From positions 16,142,101 through 16,206,100 of the forward strand of contig NC_092677.1 in assembly GCF_964355755.1 (NCBI RefSeq): 64,000 nucleotides of DNA, written 5' to 3'. The first letter of the stretch is position 1. Each line of letters starts with the position of its first letter. Shown piece by piece: positions 1-11,465 of this stretch. The position numbers were made by a program, and so were the translations under genes. A model generated the notes under the pieces. That model saw only the letters and a list, made by a program, of their open reading frames with translations, was not told the origin of the DNA and ran no database searches. This DNA comes from Antedon mediterranea (lineage: Eukaryota > Animalia > Echinodermata).

Positions 1-1009
1 AAGAAGGTGGGGAGAATATGGCATCAAGTGAAGACTGCCATCTGGTTGACAGTTTGAGAGAAGAGGAGTTGAAAAATGCTCGAGGAGGGTTACATCCAGC
101 AGTAGGTGACATAATCTATGGTGATGATGATGTTATATACTTTTGTCACTATTTACCGCAGCAGTTTCTCAATACTGTACTTAATAGCAGCTTCTCCTCT
201 GAACTTACAATATGCCACTCATATATCCAGTATCTATCAACATTTTACAGAAAATTTTAAAGCAACAGTAAATTTCAAATAATTTTTAGCTAATCAGAAG
301 AAAACAATATTAAATAATAAAAATGATATATGGCATCTAAAGTATCTGATAGTTGAACTACAACAATCTGCAAATAATTTCCCTTGAACATACAAAACTT
401 ATGAATATTAATGAGCTTATTAATTAGTTATGCGGGAGTATAAGAAACTTTCCCCTGGGTAGTAAGCAATTATCATCTGACAATGACCGACTTTCTCAAT
501 CCATATTTAGTACTTTTATTGGATCAATCAAAACATTTAATCCAAATGAATTTGTTTCAACATCTGCGCAATCCATTTGAGATTTCTAGGTGAATTCCAA
601 TACGGTACTAGCCCAACATAAAATTTCAATAAAAATCAATTAGACAACAATTTTACCTTTGTGCCAGTTGGTTAGCCACCAGAACACACTGGTTAATTAA
701 AATTGAAATCTAAACGTCTAATGGGGGATATTAATTATGCATGTAGTTTTGTAATGTTCATTCCCATAACAAAAAGTCTTAGTAGTTATAGCTCTATAGC
801 GGTTAGCCTTATAGTCTATCCGGCTTAGTAGATATAGAGCTGTCGCCTATTTATCACCTACTAGTAGATAGATATTTGATAGATTTTTTATAGTTGTTAG
901 TAGATTTTTGCCTCATTAGCATATTTCGCGATGATATTAGTAGGCGACACCTACTAAATACAACTATGATTAGACTACCAATAATCTATCTAGAATGGAT
1001 TCTTAATTG

Positions 1010-2100
1010 GCTATTATTTGGCTTTTAAAAATCTACATTAATTTGCTATTTATGGGCTATTAAAAATCTACTATTTAAATGACTATTATTGGGCTATTAA
1101 AAATCTGTATAAATTGGCTATTATTTGGCAATTAAAAATCTACATAAAATGGCTATAATTTGTCTACTTAAAATCTACATTATTTGGCTATTAATATACT
1201 ATTAAAAATCTACTAAATAATTGGCTATTATTCAACTACTAAAAATCTACATTATTTGCCTATTATTGGGCTATTAAAAATCTACATAAAAATGGCTATT
1301 ATTTGTCTACTAAAAATCTACATTATTTTGCTATTATTGGGCTATTAAAAATCTACTTAAAAATGGCTATTATTTGTCTACTAAAAATCTACATTATTTG
1401 GCTATTATTGGGCTATTAAAAATCTACATAAAAATGGCTATTATTTGTCTACTAAAAATCTACATTATTTGGCTATTATTGGGCTATTAAAAATCTACAT
1501 AAAAATGGCTATTATTTGTCTACTAAAAATCTACATTATTTGGCTATTATTGGGCTATTAAAAATCTACATAAAAATGGCTATTATTTGTCTACTAAAAA
1601 TCTACATTATTTGGATATTATTGGTCTATTAAAAATCTACTTAAAAATGGCTATTATTTGTCTACTAAAAATCTACATTATTTAGCTATTATTGGTCTAT
1701 TAAAAATCTACTTAAAAATGGCTATTATTTGTCTACTAAAAATCTACATTATTTGGCTATTATTGGGCTATTAAAAATCTACACTATTTGGCTATTATTG
1801 GGCTGTTAAAAATCTACTTAAAAATGGCTATTATTTGTCTACTAAAAATCTACATTATTTGGCTATTATTGGGCTATTAAAAATCTACATTATTTGGCTA
1901 TTATTGGGCTATTAACAATCTACATATAGATATTATTGGACTATTAAAAATCTACATATAACTATTATTGGGCTATTAACAATCTACATATAGATATTAT
2001 TGGGCTATTAAAAATCTACATATAAATTGGCTATTAAAAATCTACATAAATTAACTACTGTTAATTTAGATACTTAAAATCTACAGAAATTAAAAATCTA
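1010..2100 (+). repeat. Tandem array, ~71-bp dimer of ~35-bp subunits (GGCTATTATT..CTAYTAAAAATCTAC)
   Basis: GGCTATTATTTGTCTAC recurs at 1294 and 1365 (period 71); copies degenerate toward both edges. Confidence 0.92.
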
Positions 2101-2199
2101 ATCTTTTCTGGCTAAAATACAGATACAGAACAATAATTCATCTTATTGGCAAATAACAAATGTATAATGACAATAATAATAACAAATTAATTTTTTTCT

Positions 2200-2730
2200 C
2201 GTATTTGTAAACCTTAATCTTGTCCATACATATGCGAGTCCGAAAACTTTAAGCACATATTTTAACTCAGTTGGACATGTAAAAGGAAGAATACCAAACA
2301 ACAACAGTTACTTTTGTAACAATTTAGACTTATTAAGTGAAACAAGACATTAGTAAACCAAATATACAGTATACATTTTATAAATTTATTTAACAAAAAA
2401 TTAAGATAGTACATTATTTGTAAACCTTAATATCTTAACCATTGCACATGTTTTAACTCAGCTGGACATGTAAAAGGAAGAATACCAAACAACAACAACA
2501 GTTACTTTTGTAACAATTTAGACTTATTAAGTGAAACAAGACATTAGTAACCAAATATACAGTATACATTTTATAAATTTATTTAACAAAAAATTAAGAT
2601 AGTACAGTATTTGTCAACCTTAATATCTTAACCATAACATTGCACATGTTTTAACATCACTTTTGTAACAATCTAGACTTATCAAATGAAACAAGACACA
2701 GTATCCAAATATACAGTATACATTTTATTT
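2200..2730 (+). repeat. ~190-bp tandem duplication (~2.5 copies)
   Basis: TTTAACTCAG.TGGACATGTAAAAGGAAGAATACC at ~2261 and ~2452; third partial copy ~2640-2730. Confidence 0.85.
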
Positions 2731-3864
2731 AAACTTCAAAATTCAAAACAATTCCTGAATGGAATTAGACCAGACAATAAGAAATGCACCAAATATTGTC
2801 ACTATTGACATGAAAAATTAATTACGCAAAAGCACACTTCACCATAAATTAATCATCTTTGCACTTGACCATCAAATTTGTACTTGTATAGGTTAAAGAT
2901 CGTCTCTCTGAAAAAATAATTGTTTAAACATTTTTTTGTTGAATATGCCATTTGAATTTGGCTATACAAGGGCTACCTACCAGTAACCTATTAACAGACT
3001 ATAAACAAACTGATAATAGCCAGTAACTATTAATAAACTATTTATTTTATATACTTAGGCCTACTAAGAATTATTACAAATAGATACAGTAGATATAGCT
3101 AGATGACCTAGGCCTCTAGGCCTAGATACTGCATTAGAAATCTATTATTTAAATATCACAGTTGTAATATCTATCAACTGCATACTTACAATAGCTATAC
3201 TAGGGCTACCAATAATAACCTATTAATAGACTAGGCTTAGGCCTATTAACAAACTGATAATAGGCCTAGGCAGCCCAGTATAACTATTTAGTATTAATAT
3301 TATAAACTAAAAAATCTATTTTATAATTGAACCCTGGGAAGTAGGCCTACAACTTGTGGCTTATTACTATGTTTTCATTTATGTACACACAACAACAACA
3401 AATAGGCAATGTAGGGCCTAGGCTAACTAGTAGTAGGCCTATAAGCCTAGGCTATAAAGTATATTAGGCCTAGGCTAGGCTATTATAATTATAAATTGAA
3501 TGAAAAATGCCTAGTGCAATTTAAAAAAGACTAGGCCTAGGCCAGGGCCTACCTAGCTTAGTAGCCTAGCCTAGGCCTACTAACTAATACAGGCCTGGCT
3601 AGCTTATAGAGCCTAGCTTCTAGCCTATCAAAAAGGAACACTTTAACTTTAACAAATAAAATGTAAAGATATGGATTGATTCACTTACCACTAAACTGAC
3701 ATTGTGGTTGGAATAAAAATAAACATTCATGGTCTGATCGAAAAGGCCTACAACAAGCGAATGCTCCTTTTTTCTCTGATCATCTGCATCGTGCCTGCTG
3801 CTGCTGCAAAACAGAAGCGGGAATTTGGGTGTAACAATTGTTATACACACGCACTAATATATAG

Positions 3865-5772
3865 ACAACGGCTATCTATAACCTATTAACAAACTACATT
3901 TTACATTTTACATTTAACTTTTATTCCATACCTACTAAATATCTATTATATATAGATAGATGGAGGCTACTACAAGTCTATTAGAAATCTATGAGTAACA
4001 CAGTTTTGTATTATCTATCAACTGTCTACTTATAATAGATAGACAACAGCTATCTATAACCTATTAACAAACTACGTTTAACATATATTCCATACCTACT
4101 AAATATCTATTATATATAGATAGATGGAGACTACTACAAGTCTATTAGAAATCTATGAGTAACACAGTTTTGTATTATCTATCAACTGTCTACTTATAAT
4201 AGATAGACAACAGCTATCTATAACCTATTAACAAACTACGTTTAACTTATATTCCATACCTACTATATCTATTATATATAGATAGATGGAGACTACTACA
4301 AGTCTATTAGAAATCTATGAGTAACACAGTTTTGTATTATCTATCAACTGTCTACTTATAATAGATAGACAACAGCTATCTATAACCTATTAACAAACTA
4401 CGTTTAACATATATTCCATACCTACTAAATATCTATTATATATAGATAGATGGAGACTACTACAAGTCTGTTAGAAATCTATGAGTAACACAGTTTTGTA
4501 TTATCTATCAACTGTCTACTTATAATAGATAGACAGCAGCTATCTATAACCTATTAACAAACTACATTTAACTTATATTCCATACCTACTAAATATCTAT
4601 TATATATAGATAGCTGGAGACTACTACAAGTCTATTAGAAATCTATGAGTAACACAGTTTTGTATTATCTATCAACTGTCTATTTATAATAGATAGACAA
4701 CAGCTATCTATAACCTATTAACAAACTACATTTAACTTATATTCCATACCTACTAAATATCTATTATATATAGATAGATGGAGACTACTACAAGTCTATT
4801 AGAAATCTATGAGTAACACAGTTTTGTATTATCTATCAACTGTCTATTTATAATAGATAGACAACAGCTATCTATAACCTATTAACAAACTACATTTAAC
4901 TTATATTCCATACCTACTAAATATCTATTATATATAGATAGATGGAGACTACTACAAGTCTATTAGAAATCTATGAGTAATACAGTTTTGTATTATCTAT
5001 CAACTGTCTACTTATAATAGATAGACAACAGCTATCTATAACCTATTAACAAACTACGTTTAACTAATATTCCATACCTACTAAATATCTATTATATATA
5101 GATAGATGGAGACTACTACAAGTCTATTAGAAATCTATGAGTAACACAGTTTTGTATTATCTATCAACTTTCTACTTATAATAGATAGACAACAGCTATC
5201 TATAACCTATTAACAAACTACGTTTAACTTATATTCCATACCTACTAAATATCTATTATATATAGATAGATGGAGACTACTACAAGTCTATTAGAAATCT
5301 ATGAGTAACACAGTTTTGTATTATCTATCAACTGTCTACTTATAATAGATAGACAACAGCTATCTATAACCTATTAACAAACTACATTTAACTAATATTC
5401 CATACCTACTAAATATCTATTATATATAGATAGATGGAGACTACTACAAGTCTATTAGAAATCTATGAGTAACACAGTTTTGTATTATCTATCAACTGTC
5501 TACTTATAATAGATAGACAACAGCTATCTATAACCTATTAACAAACTACGTTTAACTAATATTCCATACCTACTAAATATCTATTATATATAGATAGATG
5601 GAGACTACTACAAGTCTATTAGAAATCTATGAGTAACACAGTTTTGTATTATCTATCAACTGTCTACTTATAATAGATAGACAACAGCTATCTATAACCT
5701 ATTAACAAACTACGTTTAACTTATATTCCATACCTACTAAATATCTATTATATATAGATAGATGGAGACTAT
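3865..5772 (+). repeat. Homogeneous 164-bp tandem array (~11.5 copies)
   Basis: ACTGTCTACTTATAATAGATAGAC at 4021, 4185 etc. (period 164), near-identical units; diverged relatives at ~2960-3320. Confidence 0.95.
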
Positions 5773-6092
5773 TCCCTGTCTACATAAAAACTCTTAAGGT
5801 GAAAAATATCTATTAAAAACTACTAACAATGGTGTAGCTTAAAGACCTACTTTAAATAGTGCAACATCAACTATGATACAACTACTTACTGTGTACTTTT
5901 AATAGGTAGTACCTATTATGTCACCTATCTATTTTATGTAGTCAGAAAGTAGTCAAAGAAATTATGATAAAATCCTTAGTAGCCAAGAGAAAAAAACTAC
6001 TAACGGCCTATTAAGCCTACTAAGGATAGAGCTATTTCTATTAAAGACTATCTAAATATACTTAATTATTTCGTTATGGGTTTGAACTATAA

Positions 6093-6196
6093 CATTAGAA
6101 CCCCAATTTGTCGGACACCTTCAGGACCATAAAAAGTGTCCCCTTTAGGGGTGTTGCCTGTTAACATGGGTTTCCTAAAGGAAGGGTTCCACTGTA
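6093..6196. mobile_element. Small degenerate Tc1/mariner-type MITE
   Basis: CATTAGAACCC ... GGGTTCCACTGTA imperfect TIRs ending at TA; internal GGACAC/GTGTCC inverted motif; similar fragments near 12635-12770 and 32510-32560. Confidence 0.45.
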
Positions 6197-7417
6197 TCAA
6201 AAATTAGAAATAATTTTTGTTTTGCATATTGCAGATATTTTTCATTTCATGAGAAGCATTAAAGTTGCTATTGTATTTAAAAAAATGTTTTTTAATAGTA
6301 CACTGTACTAATATTAAAAGTGTAAGTAGGCATGGATCACAGTGTCGACTGATCTACTGAGAGTGTAGTTACTGTATACCCCAGGGTAGACTTATGCCAT
6401 TATCAGTGGTATTTAGAAATTTTTATAATTGAATTTTGATTTTGATGTGTGAAGTGAAATCCTGATAAACTTTTTTTATTCAATTCCATTTATAATATAA
6501 TTTGCATAAATTACATAGACAATTATGTTGCTCTGAAAAAAAGGCAAAAGGTATGTCACATCTTTCTCTAACATTCAGTGCTGTAAACACTATTACTGAA
6601 CACATTTAAAGGATGAAGTTTTTTCCCATTTCTTCCATCTAAACAAAGTTTAAATTATCAGGGTTCAAGGGTGAGGTAATGTCATTGATGATTGTGTACT
6701 TAAAGTCAACCTAGAGGCAAACACCAGTAATTAATATCAACTGTGTTTAACTTACTATAATATAATATCGCTCAAAATAGCCGTAATTTTTCTTTCAAAT
6801 TCGTAATAAACGTACAGCTTTTAAAAGCTTTAAAGCCAGAATATATTCCTGTCTACAGTGGGGCTAATTTAAAAAATGTATTATTATTATTATTAGTATT
6901 GGTAATTTAAATATTTATGCCTTATGGCTGTGCAGAGTTCTCAATTAAGAGAACTATAAAGAATTGATAAGGAAAGTAATTAGTGTCTGGTGCCAGAAAG
7001 GTAATAGAAAAGCTCCTAAAATCATTAATTTGTTGCAGTTTGTTCTCAGATTTATTTTTTATAAATGAACTCCGTACATTTACTAGGACACTAGAATAAA
7101 TTATTGATTAAGTTTAAAAGTATAATTTTGAATAGATTTTGAAAAGGTTACATACTTCATGAATAACATTGTAAAAGAATGTTTGTAGACCATTTTTTTA
7201 AAGTGAAATATGTTGTGTCGTAGAGTAAATGGTTTTATTTTGTTGCTTTGAGTTTATAGCCATTAGTCTAGTTTGCGCCTAGCTTACCTGGATAAACCAA
7301 CACAGGCTTTTACTCCTCCTCCAGTCCTGCCTACATGGGGAGGACAAACTGTAAGAGCATATAACTTAAAGGGATTAGGGATTTTCAATGTTTGTGTTAC
7401 CTTTCGAGTGTCCCTAA

Positions 7418-7687
7418 AGTCTGGTTTCCATAAAATCGCTACACGACAGAGCGTAGCGATTCTATGGAAACGCTAGAATTTATCGGAGATCTAGTACGCG
7501 AGCGCTAAATATTCTTTGGTACGCGTATACGATTCATCGCCGACAAAATCGGCAAAGTTGAACATGATGGTTGAACTTTGCCGATTTGACTGCGATGAAT
7601 CGGGGAGCCTTCCCGATTGCGTCGGCGACATCTGCGCGTGTAGCGATTTTAATGGAAACGCTGTAGCGATTTTAATGGAAAGTCGGT
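7418..7687. mobile_element. PIF/Harbinger-type MITE
   Basis: TAA|AGTCTGGTTTCCATAAAATCGCTACA ... TGTAGCGATTTTAATGGAAAGTCGGT|TTA; CpG-rich interior with internal copies of the TIR motif. Confidence 0.6.
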
Positions 7688-8039
7688 TTATCCAGATATG
7701 ACGTGCAGACACAACCAACCACTTTCCTGATTTGTGTATTTAAATTATATTAAGTTAAAAAAATGCATCAATATAAAGTGTTGTCATTTAAGTAGTTAAC
7801 ATTTATACAATTTGAAAAAAAAATAGTATAATTAATGGGGGAATAATGATTCAAATTAATTTATAATACATATTGAAAAAACAAAAACAATTTTCTTAGT
7901 AGCAGCTCACCGAGATTAATGTATAATTTATTAGATGGATGAGGGAATTATATTAATTTCTGGACTTCTACTTAAAGGATCAAGAAGAGAGTAGATTGGT
8001 TTTACATGTTGACTACTTGCGTTTACCATTGGGCTAGTT

Positions 8040-8340
8040 AATTTATTATTTGTATTCACCCAGGAGCCAAAATGGTACCTGATTGCATTTTTAATCATTC
8101 ATCATTCAACTTGTATTGATAATAAGCTTGTTGTATTATTTGTATTTACCCAGGAGCCCAAATGATGGCATTTTTATAATCATTCATCACTTAACTTGTA
8201 TTTATACTAGGCTTGTTCTCTCTTGCTCCCTCTTATTTCTATTCACCCAGTAGCCCAAATGGTTCCTATTATGCATCATGTCTTTCTTCACTCAACTTGT
8301 ATTTCAACAAGCTTTGTCTTTTATTATGTTCACCAGGGAG
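8040..8340 (+). repeat. Degenerate ~100-bp tandem repeat (~3 copies)
   Basis: TTATTTGTATTCACCCAGGAGCC..AAATG recurs at ~8046, ~8136 and ~8234. Confidence 0.6.
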
Positions 8341-8349
8341 ATGAATTAA

Positions 8350-9907
8350 TCTATATATAAATTTACGTAAGGGCAAAATTCGGTAAATCGCGCCTTACTT
8401 CTATAATTTTTACTCGATGGTATATAAAGTTGGTTCGTACTTTCGGTACTGATTTTAACCACCTGATGTAACCCTGTTTACTAATTAAATTAAGTTAGAT
8501 AATAAGTTATTGACGGTTAAAACGAATTTAGGTTCCAAGATTTGCCCCAAATAGGGGTGTTTTCCGACCGTGGTATACACTGTATAATGGATGTCCGTCT
8601 TGAAAAATACCCGCCACAAAAATGCGAGGAGGCTTCGCATTTTCCTATCTCCTCCTACGATAATTGTTTTTAATGGCTGAAAACCGGTTGAACAGCTAGA
8701 GTACACCATCATAATGTTGAAGACAGGCCGATTTTCTTTAAAAAATACTATTTTGATACATTTAATATACGTTTTTACAAATGTATTGATTTGTGATGAA
8801 TGGAACATTCCAAATTATTTGGTTTAACCATACAGGTATAGATTTAGATTTATGGGCCCCCTTGGAGAATGAACATAAATAGTATTGCAATGCTGTACAA
8901 TACTGTTAAGGTATTAACCACTTTTGATCGCAATTTGAATCGCAAATTTCTTACTGTGAGTGTTGGTACTGTTAGATGTAATATAAAAATATATACAAAT
9001 AAACTTTATTACTGTGAGTGTGGGTAGGCCCTACTGTTAGATTATAAACATATAATATACAAATAAACATTCCACATTATTTGGTTTAACCATAGAGGTA
9101 TAGATTTAGATTTATGGGCCCCCTTGGAGAATAAACATAAATAGTATTGCAATGCTGTACAATACTGTTAAGGTATTAACCACTTTTGATCCCAATTTTA
9201 ATCGCAAATTTCTTACTGTGAGTGTTGGTACTGTTAGATGTAATATAAAAATATATACAAATAAACTTTATTACTGTGAGTGTGGGTAGGCCCTACTGTT
9301 AGATTATAAACATATAATATACAAATAAATAAACGTTATTACTGACAGTTGCTTCTCAACGTTTGTATTAATTAATAATTTAAAAATATATAAACGTTGT
9401 AGTGGTGTATCGTTACATGTACTTTACTATTTCAATCGACTATGACAGTGAGAGTTTTAACAAAGTACCGTATTAAATCGTAAATGTTTTACTGTATTTA
9501 GTGGTATATTATTTATAGGCCTATAAAACATTAAAAACAATATTTCGTTACTGAGTGGATAAGAATATATTTTAAAATGTTTCCTCTTTGTACCTATCTT
9601 CTTCCCCCATCCCTCAACCCTTAATGTTACATACAAAACACAAATTGGGTTTGTTTAAATGAGTCCAAATAAAAAAATTTGACTCATTTTGTTTCTCTCT
9701 CGGAAGTAATTCCCAGGGTGCTAATTTTGGTTGACTACATAAATCATTGTGTATATTTATTCGTTTCTGTAAACGACAATGTATTATAGTCCTGCGGTAC
9801 GTACATTTGAAATCTCCATTTTTTTCTCGCTGGAAATACTGTGTATTCGAGAACCATCTGTGGGCACGACCTAGATGGTACGCGAGCGAAGCGAGCGTGC
9901 CATCTAG
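8350..9907 (+). mobile_element. Non-autonomous Helitron
   Basis: 5' A|TCTATATATAAA at 8350; 3' GC-rich hairpin CTAGATGGTACGC-GAGCGAAGCGA-GCGTGCCATCTAG (9871-9907) ending CTAG|T; inserted between A and T with no TSD. Confidence 0.75.
8805..9330 (+). repeat. 262-bp direct tandem duplication inside the Helitron
   Basis: GGTTTAACCATA.AGGTATAGATTTAG at 8821 and 9083; near-identical copies. Confidence 0.92.
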
Positions 9908-11042
9908 TACCTAAAAATACCTTTAACTAATTTTTTTTATAGAATACACTACTAGATGAATTTACATAAGTTAATAATATGGTTGGTTGCCCACAAATTT
10001 CAGACTAGGGAATTAAATGCCCTTTTGTATCTGTCAAATTAGCACCCTATATAATACTATATATATATAAAAAAAAACATTTCACATCTCATACTACATC
10101 TTTTATGATGAATTACATAAAATAACAATATTTTGTTTTTTTATGGGATGTTCGTAAAGATTATTATCCCTTTCAACTAATGTGCCATGGGACGAAATTC
10201 TACAACAAACAAGGATTACTTTTTAAGTGAACTAATGTCATTAGGAGTATTAAAACACCGACAACATTACAGACAGATTCATATAAATCCAGCGTGCTCT
10301 CAATTTCACAAAGTTCATCGCAAGTCCTATATTACTTTACATTGTTTTTTTGAAAGGATATGTTTATTTTATTGGCATGTAGTGTACAGTGTAAATGTAT
10401 TTAAGTATGTAGCAGAAGAATGTTTGCTATCTTGAAATAAACTTTAGTTTTGTTCCATATTTGAAATAAAGCAAGAAACTTGTTTTTATGGCTTTACTTA
10501 AAAAAAGAACAATAAATAGAATGGTGTATAGGTTGATAGTTAGCTGTGACAAATCCAATGCATTTGAGATGATGGTTAAACACTGGCAATCTTTCGTTTT
10601 GACACTGACTATGCATCTATCTAGTGCAAAAGTCATGCATGCTCAGAAACATAAGAGTATATGCAAAATGACTGTATGCGGCTGTGTGGAACGCTGTGAA
10701 AACTTTACATTTTTAGGATATGTGCTGCCATTTATCAATCTTTTTTCTTAAGTCAAAATAGTTAAGACAGTGCTGAAGTTGTCTACAATTGACCAGTTTA
10801 CACAATGTACAAAATCTGTTCCATGTTTTCAATTCAATTCTGGTTTATTCAAAATCTTTCATGCAGGGTATAGTTTATGTGAACATATAGTACGTACTGT
10901 AGAATGTTTAAAAAGGAACTTTCCAAATAGCAATATCATATAGTGATTGAAAATGTTCATCTGGAAAAAAGAACATTTCTAATAACTTAATATCATATAG
11001 TATTATAGTATTGTAGATTATAGGTACTGCTGTAATATGAAA

Positions 11043-11114
11043 GCCCCAGTGGTCTAATGGTTAGGACATCTGCATATCAAGCAGGCGGTCCGAGTTCGAG
11101 TCTTGGTTGGGGCG
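11043..11114 (+). tRNA. tRNA-like cloverleaf with ATC anticodon (tRNA pseudogene or SINE head)
   Basis: Acceptor GCCCCAG/TTGGGGC, D-arm GTCT/GGAC with A-box TGGTCTAATGG, anticodon stem TCTGC/GCAGG with loop ATATCAA, T-arm CCGAG-TTCGAGT-CTTGG, G73, then a T5 run. Continues ~110 bp into a (TA)n tail. Confidence 0.6.
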
Positions 11115-11224
11115 ACTTTTTCTCATTCTCACAGATTTCCTCATCTTTATCGTTTCAAATTAATTAATTAAATTTCAGTATATCACCGGACGGTTTAGAA
11201 TTAATGTTCTTTGCCTGTTGTGTT

Positions 11225-11225
<1 letters not shown>

Positions 11226-11250
<25 letters not shown>
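11226..11250. repeat. (TA)n microsatellite
   Basis: Directly visible; possibly the tail of the tRNA-headed element. Confidence 0.9.
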
Positions 11251-11257
<7 letters not shown>

Positions 11258-11280
11258 GGTACTTAATTCTTCTTCTCCAG

Positions 11281-11465
11281 ATATGCGAGATGATTTTCGG
11301 AAGGTGTCTGATGATCTTACTGCCTCTTCTGGTGACCAGTTGGAGTTGGAATGCACACCACCAAGAGCTAATCCAACTCCAAATGTGACCTGGGAAAAAG
11401 ATGGTCAACCAGTGGTACCGAGTGGTAGAAGGAGACAGCAAGATGGCAATCTACAGTTTACACAA
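11281..11465 (+). CDS. robo: Robo exon: Ig2 N-half
   Basis: ctccag|..MRDDFRKVSDDLTASSGDQLELECTPPRANPTPNVTWEKDG..LQFTQ|gtaagt. Confidence 0.92.

Larger units (their letters stand above)
763..6080. mobile_element. Non-autonomous TIR DNA transposon (CMC/CACTA-EnSpm-like) filled with tandem repeats
   Basis: Begins CCCATAACAAAA (763) and ends TTTCGTTATGGG (6080), an 11/12 inverted match. Flanked by TT on both sides (2-bp TSD). Subterminal CTACT/AGTAG-type motifs and internal arrays; no transposase ORF. Confidence 0.7.

Noticed and set aside
18-260. 80-aa ORF as the missing Robo Ig1 or signal exon
   Set aside because: No Ig motifs or signal peptide; no recognisable homology.
7491-7718. GC-richer ORFs on both strands
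   Set aside because: They lie within a MITE; no splice signals or recognisable domain.
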